Assembly (NCBI RefSeq): GCF_021028975.2
Contig: NC_059439.1
Coordinates: forward strand, 23,268,405-23,314,000
Direction of reading: 5' to 3'
Source: Sphaerodactylus townsendi
Taxonomy: Eukaryota
DNA: 45,596 nt
Part shown: positions 12,211 to 24,313 of the stretch, piece by piece
Position numbering within the stretch: position 1 is the first letter of the stretch
Layout: each line of letters starts with the position of its first letter
Program-made: the position numbers and the translations under genes
Notes under the pieces: model-generated
The model's database searches: none
What the model was told of the DNA's origin: nothing
Seen by the model: only the letters and a program-made list of their open reading frames with translations

Positions 12211-13311
12211 ATAACTGAAAATAAGGTTTGGCTAGTCTTCTTTGGTCAGTCTTGACTAATCAGTTCAGTCTCCCACCATACATGCAGGGCTGAACCACCC
12301 AGAGGGGCCTATGGGGTCAAATGTTCCCAGGCTGTGACCATTTAGTCATGTGGTGGGGCAGAAAATTGTCCCCACACACCTCCTTCTGGCTCCCTGGTTC
12401 TATAATGTGATGGTGATTTTGAGATGACCTGGTGCAAAAAAAGTTGTTTGGCATGGTGGGGGAGGGAGGCCGGCCACTCAGATTTTGCACCGGGCTACGT
12501 TTTCCCTAGATACACCATGATCCAAAAGTAAAAGGAACTCTCTCCCTTTTTCAGCAGTAGGTAAAACTGGTTGGATACAACCACCAGAGTAGTTTTATAA
12601 GTTCATTGAATTTCTGCAGAAAATATTTAAATGATGATGAAATATTAAATTGGAATCAGTGTGCTGAATCCAGACTTTCCATTCTTCAAAGGGCAGAACA
12701 TTCTTCTGATGCAGAAAACCTCCCACAATTGCTGGCTCCTTACATTGGTGAAGGCTCCAATATTAGGGAAATGGAACCTTTTGACTCAACCTAGTAAGTA
12801 TCAAGTGTTCTTATCATTGTCTGGACCATGCCCTGCACATCTATGTGCTTAAAATAAGGTATATCCTTTAGCTTCATCATTTTATTTTTTTTTCAAGAAA
12901 GGGCTGCAACCAGCAATTTTTTTCACTCAATGGTGTCCAATTCCCTTCCTTTCTACAGCCCCCCATCTCACATGGGTTTTGTCCATGTTGACACCATGAC
13001 TTAGCATATTTTTTCAGGGTAGTTAACAAGAATCCTCTTTCTTTTATTTTTTTTACCAGTAGAAAAATAGCTAGTTCTAACCCAATAAGTTTTAAATGAA
13101 AAGAAAATGAAGTCTACTAATGTGACAAAGATGTTATACAACCCAAAATTATTAAATATTACAGAATGTTACAAATAAATGTTAATCAATCTTGGTTGCT
13201 TGAATTATGTCCTTGCATCCAAAAGCACTCAGCATTGTATAGAAATTATTTGACTTTCCCTCATGTTTATGATTTGTGTCAGCCTCATCAATTTTGCTAC
13301 ATAACCAGGAA

Positions 13312-13402
13312 GGATGTGAGGGCGATCTGGCTGTGACCTCTTTCACCCCACTGATCACCAGGGTTGATTTGGCTGATCTGTCTGGCTAGGTGGGTGTCCC
13401 CT
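13312..13402 (+). pseudogene. RN7SK: 7SK snRNA retropseudogene (5' 91 nt only)
   Basis: GGATGTGAGGGCGATCTGGCTG...GGGTGTCCCCT matches the recalled vertebrate 7SK 5' end with ~8 substitutions, 4 of them CpG decay; TSD CTACATAACCA (13297-13307 / 13401-13411). Confidence 0.93.
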
Positions 13403-14271
13403 ACATAACCAAGTTAAACAGATTTTGTAAAAAGTACAAATAAAGAAAAAAATGACACAGCAACTAATAGAACTAATAAAAAGATTATTAATGAAAAAAG
13501 ATGATACTCACAACATGCAGGAGATCTGAGATCTAAACCACCAAAGTTTACTTGGTATTTTCAGATGAAGCCTCCACAATCATGTTTACTTGACTGTGGA
13601 AAGTGAAAACTATGATACAATACTGAACAAAAATGGAAACTTCATGAACACAGCATACATATACCGGTAATGTCAACAACCTTGGACGTGTTAACCTCTG
13701 TCATCTTTCCACAATATTAGATCTTGTGAACTGTTATCTCTTTCATCTTTTATTTTCTTTTAAAAAAATCACAAAATTAACTCTGATAGTTCCAATTTGA
13801 AAATGGCCTGTCTCGGTTGTAGCTCAGTACATATAACTAGACAACCTCTGAAATCCCATCAGAGGCATGACCTTCAGAGTTTTCTTTATTAAACACTTTT
13901 ACTGAACACTTCATCAAACTTCTGTCGATAACTAAATCCCCGCCCTTTTTTCTCACTAACTATCTAATTAGAGGGAGTAGCTGTGTTACATATACTTTTT
14001 AAGTCAAAACAAACAACAGCCTTATCCTTCTTAATCCTTTCTTCATTTATTGCATTAGCTCAAAGCCAAAACAAAGCAATAAAAACAACAAACAAGACAA
14101 GACAATCACAGTATCAAGTAAAATCCATAAAATATCCAAAACAGGAGTCTTAAATATTCAAATATTTTTATGTTCAGTTTATGACTGAGTTTAACACTTT
14201 TTATTAAAGGAAAATAATAAAAATACAAGCACACAATAATTAAAGCAGCTGAACACACACACAAAGTCTTA

Positions 14272-14757
14272 AATTCCTTCCACACGGCGCAAACCATGTA
14301 AGGGTGCAAGGTCAATAAACAATGCTGACACACCTTGGGGTCAGCTCGGCATGGATGGTCCCAGGAAGGGCTATATGCGGCAGCACAGGCCCTCGGGTGA
14401 CAGGCTGCGCTGTCGCCGAACGCCTACCTTGTCTCCTGGCTTCCAGCTCATCGCAGAAGCCAGGGGCCACGCCCCTGCAGCGGGGAGCGAGGGCTCTGGA
14501 GTCTCAGGGTCAGGTGGGCATGTCCCCTGGTCTCATGCATCGCAGCCGGAAAGCCAGGAGACAAGGTAGGCGTTCGGGAAAGGGGGGGAAATGGCACCTT
14601 CCAGCCACTGCTAATACCTTGCACAGGGAGCGAGGTTTGGAAACAGATGTCCTCTCAAGCCACTGGGGTTGTGGCAGCAGCGTCGGTGAACCCCTTCCCA
14701 GGGACGTTGTTTTGAAGGCCCCTAGGTCGCTAGGACTCCGCCCGTCTGGTATAAGCA
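14272..14757. mobile_element. GC-rich multi-hairpin MITE, diverged relative of 42522-43030 in opposite orientation
   Basis: Degenerate termini TTCCACACGGC / GCCCGTCTGGTAT; 14576-14750 aligns to the reverse complement of 42530-42760; central foldback 14416-14577 with 27-bp perfect outer arms. Confidence 0.65.
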
Positions 14758-15918
14758 CTGTTGGGAATAGTGAAGGAATTGGGAGAATTCGTAGGGGTAA
14801 TACTGTACCAGATCCTGGAGTGGATCTAGGTCCAAGAAGTAGAGTTCAGTGACCTGTACAGGGCTTCCAAGAAGCAGGGTAGAAAGCAGATGGCATGCAG
14901 CAGCAACTGAACCCAAAGGTAGGCTCAGAAGTACTAAAACTGGGTACTGGGAGAGGGGCTATTTTATAGGGAATGTTGGACTCTCTGGCCATACTAAGAG
15001 AACTTAATCTTCCTGGAGAAAGGAGAGTCTTGCCTTTCTGGGGAAAGAAAGAGAGACACATAAAACTTAAATATGGGAAATTAGTTTAACGGGTTGGCCA
15101 TCTTGCCAACTTTTGAAGACAACTGTTATAATATTTATTCCCCACTTTCTACAAGGAATTCAAAGTTCCATAAATACCTCTCTTTATTCTTCAACTTTAA
15201 GTAGGCTGAAAATGATTGGCCCTAAATCATACAATAAGTTCCATTGCACAGTAGGGGTTTAAAGCCAGGTTTCTTCAAGTCAGGTTAGATATTCCAATTC
15301 AAATATACTACTGATGGTCTACTACTTTGGTTACNNNNNNNNNNNNNNNNNNNNNNNNNNNNNNNNNNNNNNNNNNNNNNNNNNNNNNNNNNNNNNNNNN
15401 NNNNNNNNNNNNNNNNNNNNNNNNNNNNNNNNNNNNNNNNNNNNNNNNNNNNNNNNNNNNNNNNNNNNNNNNNNNNNNNNNNNNNNNNNNNNNNNNNNNN
15501 NNNNNNNNNNNNNNNNNNNNNNNNNNNNNNNNNNNNNNNGATGGGGGAATCCCATATAAATGAAGTAGGATGGGGGAATCATCTATATATATAAAAAGCT
15601 AACCGTGTATGTGTTGATGACAGGGTACCTCAGTAACTGCTGGGCCAATTCCTCTGAAAATTCCCAGCCACTATAGTCAGTCAGGCGAGAGTGTTTTCAG
15701 ATGTTCACATACCTGAAATTTCATACCTGGCCCAGGTAAAAATGCCTTTTTCCTGGCGCTTCCTGGTGAAGGACAGGGAGGGGCCTGTGTGTAACTGTCA
15801 CCCTTAGAATGTTCGTGCCCTTAGAATGGTCACTCAGATGGCCAAAGATGAGCAGTGGAAACAGCACATAGGCAGTAACTCGAGTGGAAGTGAAACACAT
15901 ACACACACATACACACGA

Positions 15919-16250
15919 GGGAGAGGGGAGGAGGAGGAGGAGGAGGAGGAGGAGAAGAGGAAGAGGAGGAGTTTGGATTTATATCCCCCCTTTCTCTCCT
16001 GTAGGAGACTCAAAGGGGCTGACAATCTCCTTGCCCTTCCCCCCTCACAACAAACACCCTGTGAGGTAGGTGGGACTGAGAGAGCTCCGAGAAGCTGTGA
16101 CTAGCCCAAGGTCACCCAGCTGGCGTGTGTGGGAGTGTACAGGCTACTCTGAATTCCCCAGATAAGCCTCCACAGCTCAGGCGGCAGAACGGAGAATCAA
16201 ACCCGGTTCCTTCAGATTAGATACACGAGCTCTTAACCTCCACTGCCACT
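15919..16250 (-). mobile_element. Squam3-like SINE nested in the Helitron
   Basis: Body nearly identical to 9017-9322; (CCT)n tail 15925-15970. Confidence 0.88.
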
Positions 16251-16268
16251 GAGAGGGAGGGGTGGCAT

Positions 16269-16660
16269 CAGAGATGGGATCCAGCAGTTTCTCACAGGTT
16301 CCCGAGAGTAGGTTACTAATTATTTGTGTGTGCCGAGAGGGGGTTACTAATTGGTGATTTTGTCACGTGATTTTTGCCTTAGTTACGCCCCTTTTTTCAG
16401 AAGTAGCGCGCAGAACTTTAAGCAGTCTAGCAGGAGGTGCACCAGCGTGAGTGGCAGCCTGCGCCTGCGTGCATTCGTTTCCCACCCAAGGACAGGCACA
16501 GCGGCTGCGTCCTTGCCACAGCCCCGCCCAGTAATGCCCCGCCCCTGGAATGGCCAGCCACGCCCCCGTCGTGCCCCGCCCAGCCCCATTGGCGCTACGC
16601 CCCAGTTTGAATCCCGCCACCATGGGAACCTGTTACTAAATTTTTTGGATCCCACCACTG
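16269..16660. mobile_element. hAT MITE nested in the Helitron
   Basis: TIRs CAGAGATGGGATCCA / TGGATCCCACCACTG; exact 8-bp TSD GGTGGCAT (16261-16268 / 16661-16668). Confidence 0.9.
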
Positions 16661-17060
16661 GGTGGCATGCAAGGGAAGAGAGGGAGGGAGAGGAAAGGGA
16701 TGGTGGGGGAGGCATGCAAGGTAAGAGAAGTGAGAGAGGGGAGACAGTGAGCTGTGGCATGCAAGGGAGGGGAGGCAGGGGGCCCTACATCTTGATATGA
16801 CCCACCCACCCTAGCGGAGGGAAAGGGAAGGGAGGGAGGGGGAGGGGTGGCATGCAAGGGAAGAGAAGTGAGGGAGGGGAGACAGTGAGGGGTTGCATGC
16901 AAGGGAGGGGAGGCAGGGGGCCCAGCATCTTGATATGACCCACCCACCCTAGCGGAGGGAAAGGGAAGGGAGGGAGGGGGAGGGGGGGCATGCAAAGGAA
17001 GAGAAGGGAGGGAGGGAAGAGAGTGAGGGGAGACTTGCAAGGGACGGGAGGGAGGGGCCA
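16661..17060. repeat. Purine-rich minisatellite, 138-bp period, internal to the Helitron
   Basis: Units start GGCATGCAA at 16711, 16849 and 16987. Confidence 0.85.
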
Positions 17061-17496
17061 GGCACCCTAGATTCCCTGAATACTGCAGTTACAGTTAAGA
17101 AAACCAGGCACGCATTACTCAGGAGTAAGCTCAGTACAGCAACCATGACATACTTTGAATGGCTGCGTCGCACCCGTCAGAGGGTTTCCTCAGAAGCGAC
17201 ACCCATTGCCACCAACCACACTTACTCCCAGGTAAAGGATCATGACCAGCCAGCCTAGATGTGTGGGAGGGGTGCCTTTCCATTCCCACCCCCCCCAGGA
17301 ATGCGGGCACACACAACACTGACATTGCACAGTATCAGGCTGCATGTTTGCATGAGCATGTACTGCTGGCCTCTGCAATTGATTTGCTGCTACTGTTCCT
17401 TTCCCATTTCACCACAATAAGCCACAGCAACGCGTGGCCGGGCCACGCTAGTATATATATATATATGAAGTAGGATGGGGGAATCCCAATTGGTTC

Positions 17497-18098
17497 TGTT
17501 ATTCTAATTGTGCCCAGATGTGAAGAAGTTTCATCTGGTGAATAACTACAGGACACTTCTTGGAATTAAATTGGGCTGCAGCCCTTTATTATTGAGGCAG
17601 AAGCTGGGCAAGCAAGAGGAGCGCATCACTTAGCAGCTGGTCATCACCCATGGCTGACCCCGGCACCAACCCCTATCCATATTGGGGGGGACACAGAAGG
17701 TACCAAGGCACCTGGGTGCCTGCCCAGTGTGGCCCCCTTCCTGCTGGGGTGTCAGACTTGATAGCAGAGGCCTCCATGGCATGTGCCGTTGAGCCCACCC
17801 CAAGCCTCTTATGGAGGCCCCCAACCACGGGGAGGCCCAGTGCACAGACTTGTCCTCCCCACAAAGATGTGCTCCTCTGCCCAAACCGCCTAAGGCTGTG
17901 ACGAATTAAGGAGCAAGAAACCCTATCCAAATAGGGAGAGAGGGTGGGTCAGTTTTCTCCAGGTGTTGAAGAAGGCTGGAGAAACCACATGGTGCCTAAT
18001 ATTTAGGGATCGTGCTCCTCCCCTTGCGTTCGTGCGTCACGCATGAACAGGCCAGGTAAGGATCAGCCGCCCAGCTGGCCACAGGGCACGCATTCTCA
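17497..18098 (-). mobile_element. Possible solo LTR
   Basis: TG...CA ends, near-TSD GTTC/CTTC, minus-strand AATAAA at ~17585, GC-rich block against AT-rich background. Confidence 0.35.
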
Positions 18099-18192
18099 CT
18101 TCTCTGGAGCTCACCATGTGCCCTCCCCACTGTTGCAATTATGGCCTAGTTTGCTCTAGAACCTTTATTTCTTTACTTAAATATGTCACTAA

Positions 18193-18332
18193 GGCCCCTT
18201 CTGCACATGCAGAATAACGCATTTTCAATCCACTTTCACAATTGTTTGCAAGTGGATTTTGCTACTTTGCACTGTAAAATCCAGCTACCAAGTGGATTGA
18301 AAGTGGATTATTCTGCATGTGCAGAAGAGGCC
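18193..18332. mobile_element. Palindromic Harbinger-like MITE
   Basis: TIRs GGCCCCTTCTGCACATGCAGAATAA / TTATTCTGCATGTGCAGAAGAGGCC; flanks TAA/TTA. Confidence 0.85.
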
Positions 18333-20237
18333 TTAGTCACACAGAGCTAATACATTTATGCTGATGGATTTATAGTGCAATCTTATGCAATTACTCCAGT
18401 CCAAATCCATTGAAATAAATATGTTTTTTTTAGACTGGAGTAGTTCACCTTAGGACTGCACTGATTGACAAGTCAAGTTATTTTTAAGAACAGAATACAG
18501 ACATCACTAGAGACTGATGCAGAAATGGTTTCTTACAATGTACTTTGATGTTGTTTGGGGAAAATGGCACATCCTTAAGGAATATTATTCTCTGAATCAG
18601 AAGTCATCTTTCAAATAAACAGGTAAAAGCATCGGAATTGCCATTCGGAGGGTACAAAAGGAGAACATACGATAGTGGCTTTGCCAGTTCATCTGAAATT
18701 CTCTTTCTTATCGTGAGCTGAAATTTACTGGAGTTCAATTGGATGGAGAAAACACTAGAACTTCACAAGAAAATCAAAAAAGGGGAAGTTGGTAAGTGGA
18801 TGCATTTTCCAGATTTGATTGGGGATGCCTCTGTAATAGTGTTCAGTTGGAATCTGATTTTCTTTTCAGATTCTCCTTTGTCATCTTTGAGCTGTTATAA
18901 TTCATTTTCTGAGATAAATATATTAACATCTAATTAATACCATTAACTACTTTGAATACTTTCTGGTTACTAGGGTTCCATTTTATATAAATTTTGAAAA
19001 AAATGTGTTTTGGGGCACAGAATTTGAAGAAATGTGTTCACAAGGTTATGGAGGATGCACCATTATACAAAGCCAGAAAAGAATTATTCCCTAATTATAA
19101 CAACAGTTCCATGTAAGTTTCATTCCAGTGTCTGTTTGGGACATGAGAACTCTAATGTTCACATAGAACTTCTGCTTACTGCAAATTTTCTTTCAGTCCC
19201 TCCAAGGTCTTCCTTGAATAGAATAACATGGGTTGAGAGAATCACAGTTACTTTCTTTGCACTCCCTTGCTTATTTGCATTGGGGACAAGTAGAATGATG
19301 GATCAGGGTTTGTGACTGTGGCTGTGATGTTGCTGTATTACATAAGACCCACGAAGATTTTCATAGACAATACAGGAACAAAGGAGGAGAACTAGAAAAA
19401 AAATGTCCCAGTTCAGTTGCCTGCACAGGGAATCCCCATCATCCCACTAATCTAAAATAGTCCATAAAATGCACTAACCGCAAGTAACCATGCTTGAAGA
19501 CACAGGCACTTCCCTTTGTTACAGAACAGCAAAACTAAATATATCTCCAGCCTCTGTGGGGGGGAAATAACTCTTCATTTTTCTGTCTAATTTTAACTCA
19601 CCATTCCTACCAGGAATTGAGAGTCACATACCTGACTTCTGGACCACACAAAATCCTTTCTGTGGTAGGCTAAAGACCTGATGGCTGAGTGGGAATTTTA
19701 GCCCAGACCCTAACCAGCTCCTGTAACTATTCCACAATAGATCTCTGAACTGGTAGGTGTTCTAATCTTCCTGAAGTCACACCTCTCATGTTTGTTTCCA
19801 AAACCAGGGAGAAATAGGGAAGGAAACAATAGAGAAAAGTACCTTTTTTTAAAAAAAAACTAAGAATGCTGCAAGTCTCAGGTGATGCTATTCAAATCAC
19901 CAGGTAAGCGTCCAGTCATTCATTGAGTGTCACCATTAGTGGCAGCTTTTTAGACAGGGAAAAATATATGAATGTTTAAGACCACATTTCTTCAGCACTG
20001 TGCTCCTTCTGGAGGGCTGTTTTCCTGTGTCCTTTAGCTGCATCAAGTGCATGACTTTAGTAATAATCTAAAGGCTGACATTCCTGCCTTTGCTCCTAAT
20101 TTGGAGTCTCGTTTCAAATCAATTCTGTTCTGATCAAAGCAGAAATTCAAAGAGAGGAGGGGAAGAGATATTCAACAAAATGTTCAGAATTTCATTCCAT
20201 AGATTTTCAGAGACAGGCAGTGTCTTCATATCTTCCT

Positions 20238-20293
20238 GCCTTCATACCTTCCTGCCATCAGAAGCCTTCATACCTTCCTGCCATCAGAAGACC

Positions 20294-20325
<32 letters not shown>

Positions 20326-20368
20326 GATGAAGATGATGATGATCATCATCATCAACATCATCATCATC
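20238..20368. repeat. 26-bp tandem duplication followed by a (GAT)n(CAT)n microsatellite
   Basis: GCCTTCATACCTTCCTGCCATCAGAA x2, then ATG repeats switching to CAT repeats at GATC (20341-20344). Confidence 0.9.
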
Positions 20369-20920
20369 AAGGACTGAATTTACCAAAGGATGCATTATAG
20401 GTATAACAGAAAACTATGAAGACAATTTTTTTTAAAGAGAAAACAATAATTAGATGAATTTATTGCTATTTCTAAAAATGGTAGATTTTAGAAAAAAGAA
20501 ATTTCACTCGTCCCTCATAGCAATGCTAAGAGACATCAAGAGGGCGCCGTTCACCCTCTAAGTACTAATTCTGCTCACCAGTATCAAGGAATCTGTGCCT
20601 TATAATTTTATCCTGCCTTTATTCCAAGGAATTGAAAGTTATGTATATTTTCCCCATTCTGTCCTCACAACAATCCTATGAATGGCTTAAGCTGATAGTA
20701 ACCAGCCCCAGGTGAACTCCATGGCTGAGAAAAGTTTTGAACTCAGGTCTCCCCAGCCCTAAAATGATGTTTTAACCATGTGAGAAGTTTCTGCTTCTGA
20801 GATTAAAGAAAATCCTGGATTGGGAAAATTTAAATCCACCTGCTAATAAAGTTCTGTTCATGTTTCTGTAAGTGGCACATTTGGAGTCTCTTAAAACAAG
20901 GTTGCTAGCTGTTTAACTAT

Positions 20921-21225
20921 CATCATCATCAACAACAACTTTATTGTAGAGCCATAGGCCATCACAATATTACAGTATCAAAACACATAGATCAGCATAA
21001 TACACAAGCAAAAGGATTTAACAGCTAAAATTCAAATATATGGACACTCAGTCCCTCTCAATTTCTCCTTCCAGTGTATCTAAATTAGAATCAAGCATAT
21101 CTTGTGCAATTTTTGATTTGACTATTTATTTCCGTGAGTTTTTAGATTGGATCTTTGAGGATGCCAAAGCAAAGAAGCCAACCCTATAGGATATATAAGG
21201 ATCCAAATCTGAAAGGAGAAAGTAC
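20921..21225 (-). mobile_element. 5'-truncated LINE 3' end, RTE-X-like
   Basis: 14-bp TSD AGCTGTTTAACTAT (20907-20920 / 21226-21239); AATAAA plus (GTT)n(GAT)n tail; ORF end YFLLSDLDPYISYRVGFF. Confidence 0.8.
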
Positions 21226-22022
21226 AGCTGTTTAACTATTGCCACGTTTATCATTAAACCACACTGATGGTCAGTGGTATGCAAATATGGGAGGCAGCTC
21301 AATTTATGGCTAAGGGCCTTGGCCCAGAATTTATTTGTAAACAACTATATAAATACAGGAGGAAATGCAGCTCTCATATAACAGTAACATTTCACTGCCA
21401 CCTACTTGCTGTATCCTAAGATTTTTTTCAGTTTTCCTGAAATTACTGTTCATTTCTAGACTTCCAAGGTCACTTTTGCCAGAGGGCATTACAACTTTAT
21501 GGGGTGAACAATATGGAATTACCCCTGTGGACCACCCTGCCATTCCCAAATCTCCAGGAATTTCTCAAATAATCTCTTGTGCAGATCAGCCTAAATTCAT
21601 GTCAAGGGGTGCCACTTCTTTCTTTCTCTCCTTTCAAGTCTTATCTCAAATAGACTTTTTGTCTGCAAAGTTTTTCATTTGGTCCTCAACCCAAGTGAAA
21701 ATGACCCTTATACACAGATAATCAATTTTGTGGCTAACACTTTTCCTATGTACCCTTTCCTTTCCTTCTTTCCCTGGCTATCTTATCTCCTACCGCATTA
21801 AAAAAAACTGACTGAAAGTTCTTTCGGTTAGTGGCTTATCTTTTTGTGTATTTGTTAGACCCAGGGTTTCAATGGAAATTCATAGAACAAATGTGTTCCA
21901 CTTTCTGAAATAATTCTGCTTAGTAGGTGTCCTATTAGAAATTTGGGGATCGCTCATTTTCAGCTGGCATAAAGTTCTGTTACCTATTTTCTCCTTTCCC
22001 CCCTCTCCTAACAGATTAAAAC

Positions 22023-23045
22023 ATGAGAAGAAATCAGAGCCTGCTGAATAACTTCCTCTTGTTGGGATTCTCTAACCTGCTGGGCCTAGACGGTTTATTC
22101 TTTACTATTTTCCTAACCATTTATCTGTTGACCCTGACTGGGAACAGTCTGATAATTATTGTCACGCTGACCGATCAGACACTCCACAGCCCCATGTATT
22201 TCTTTCTTAGGAATCTGAGCTTTCTTAGAGGATTTTGTTTATGCACCTCTAGTTACTATCCCCAAAAAAAATGCTTTGAAAAATCTCCCTTCTGCTCAGA
22301 GGGACAAAAACGATCTCATTCCCCTTTAACTTCAGTTCTCTTCTAAAATGAGCATATTCCCTACTCACTTGAGGCAGCTGAGTGTTACATCTTGGCTGCC
22401 ATGGCATATGACCGCTATGTGGCTATTTGTCAACCTTTGCATTACACTCTTATTATGAGTAGTAGAGTATGTTACAAGCTGGTGGCAGCCTCCTGGTTGG
22501 CCGGTGTTCCCGTACAACTTGGCCAGACTTTCTTGGTTTTCACCTCTTATTTTTGTGACTCCAATGAAATCAACCACTTTTTCTGTGACATCCCTGTGTT
22601 AGTCAACCTTATCTGCGGAGACACCTCGATAAATGAGCTCATAGCCCAGGTGCAGGTTGTATTACTTGCAGTAATCCCTTTCGCTTTGGTCCTCGTGTCA
22701 TATGTATGCATTGCCACCACCATTCTGAAGGTACCATCTGTAGAAGGGAGGCGTAAGGCCTTCTCGACATGCTCCTCGCATCTCATGGTAGTGGTGGTTT
22801 TCTATGGTTCTGGAATGACTGTGTATTTGCAGCCCAAGTCAAGTCATTCTCTGGATACAGACAAATTCCTATCACTCTTCTATACCATCCTGCCACCATT
22901 GATAAACCCTCTCATTTACAGTCTGAGGAACAAGGAGGTCAAAGAGGCACTTAGGAAAGTACTTCTCATGCTTCACCTGCCAAAAACAAATGAACACAGA
23001 AATAACAAAAATAATAAAACGATTGGTAATATTCCTGTTCACTAA
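22023..23045 (+). pseudogene. OR10-like olfactory receptor with frameshifts (pseudogene as assembled)
   Basis: MRRNQS...LHSPMYFFLRNLSFL; garbled 22225-22375; then clean [10 protein letters not shown]...HFFCD...KAFSTC...[12 protein letters not shown] to TAA; acceptor CCTAACAG ends at 22015. Confidence 0.9.
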
Positions 23046-24313
23046 GCCGTGATATAACAATTGCTACTGTTTTGTTAAGTGCATGCATCATACTGAAAGC
23101 CAAGCTCTATGACGACTACTTTACTTCCAGGATATTCCTCTCTTCCCAAACATGATTTCTTGGAAATGTATATATAATATATTGATTTACTTTGATGAGG
23201 GGAAATGTGATGCTTTGGTGTCCTTGCATTTTATTGCAAATGTTGCTCCCCTGAGTGAATGTCTAAATCCCAGGAAACCCAAGGTCTTCTGAACAATCTA
23301 CATTAAAGCATTATTTTGGGACTGTACAAATGACAACAAATTCAAATCCATTCTGATTTCAGCCATTATTTTGGGTTCCATAGCCATCATACTGCAGGCT
23401 GAAACACACACCCAGTCAGGGTGTCAAAGAGGGAGATGATATGGACTAGGGAGATTCTGTGTAGGCTGGCAGTCTAGTAGGTGACACAGGCAAATGCATT
23501 ACACATCCAGGGCACTTCACAAGGTTGTCAGCCTGGGCAGCAACACTGCCTTTGGGAAAAACTGGTCACCCCCATTCACCATAAGTTAGCCTTGTAACAG
23601 TAGAACTGCCCATTGCATGTCTGTCTGAAAGCGACAACATGACATCATTGAAGAAGGGTGTCCTAGAGCCTTACAAGGCTCCTACCGGCCTGGAGCCCCT
23701 CCTTGCGTGCAGAGGGCAATGAGTTTCCCCACCCACCTCACCCCTTTTGAGCAATGTTAATGCATGTGTTCAGTGTCATAACCAGACTGGCGGGTTGTGC
23801 ATGATCTGATGGTGAGGGGAGCTGTGGAGCTACCCTCTTTGGTGATACCTCCATAAGAGGTTTGGTGTGGAGCAAGCCATGATGGGTGTTACGCACCTTA
23901 GTGGTATAACGGTTCTCCAGCATGGGGCCCACAGCCCAGCTGAGTTCCACGTTACTGTGCAAGGTTAATGGTCTCCTCCAAAGGGAGGTTGGAGAAAGGC
24001 TCATTGGGGAACAGCACAAGCCCTGTCTAGTATACAGATCAGGTCCCATGCTGCGCCTCACTCTTCCTTCACCCTTGGTCAATAAATGGTTTTGGCTATG
24101 GCCAAAAATTTTACCTTACAGACAAGAGTGTTGTGTGGTTGTTGTGGGTTGGGAATTCTGAGCAGTACCAGTCCCGCCATCAGGTGGCAAATGACTGACC
24201 CAGCACTGATGTTCTAACACAAAACAGCTAACAGTCACTTCAGCAGGTGTTACTGGGTTGGATGCCATCAAAGGTAGAAAAAGGGCTGCCACTATTGATA
24301 TGTGGCTGCCAGT

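Larger units (their letters stand above)
15582..17451 (+). mobile_element. Non-autonomous Helitron containing nested insertions
   Basis: A|TCTATATATATAAAA 5' end; 3' GC-rich hairpin (GCCACAGCAACGCGTGGC, overlapping GCGTGGCC-G-GGCCACGC) then CTAG|T; A/T target with no TSD; splits a ~29-bp tandem repeat. Confidence 0.88.

Noticed and set aside
12286-12519. Possible hAT MITE (CAGGGCTG...TACACCATG)
   Set aside because: TIRs too degenerate and no 8-bp TSD found
13312-13402. Functional 7SK gene
   Set aside because: Only ~91 of ~330 nt, CpG decay, TSD, no poly-T terminator
14322-14852. 176-aa ORF, and overlapping ORFs at 16351-16800 and 42335-43338
   Set aside because: GC-rich stop-poor TE interiors with no recognisable domain
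23520-24220. Possible solo LTR (GC-richer block, AATAAA at 24081, GT-rich downstream)
   Set aside because: Could not identify TG...CA ends with a matching TSD
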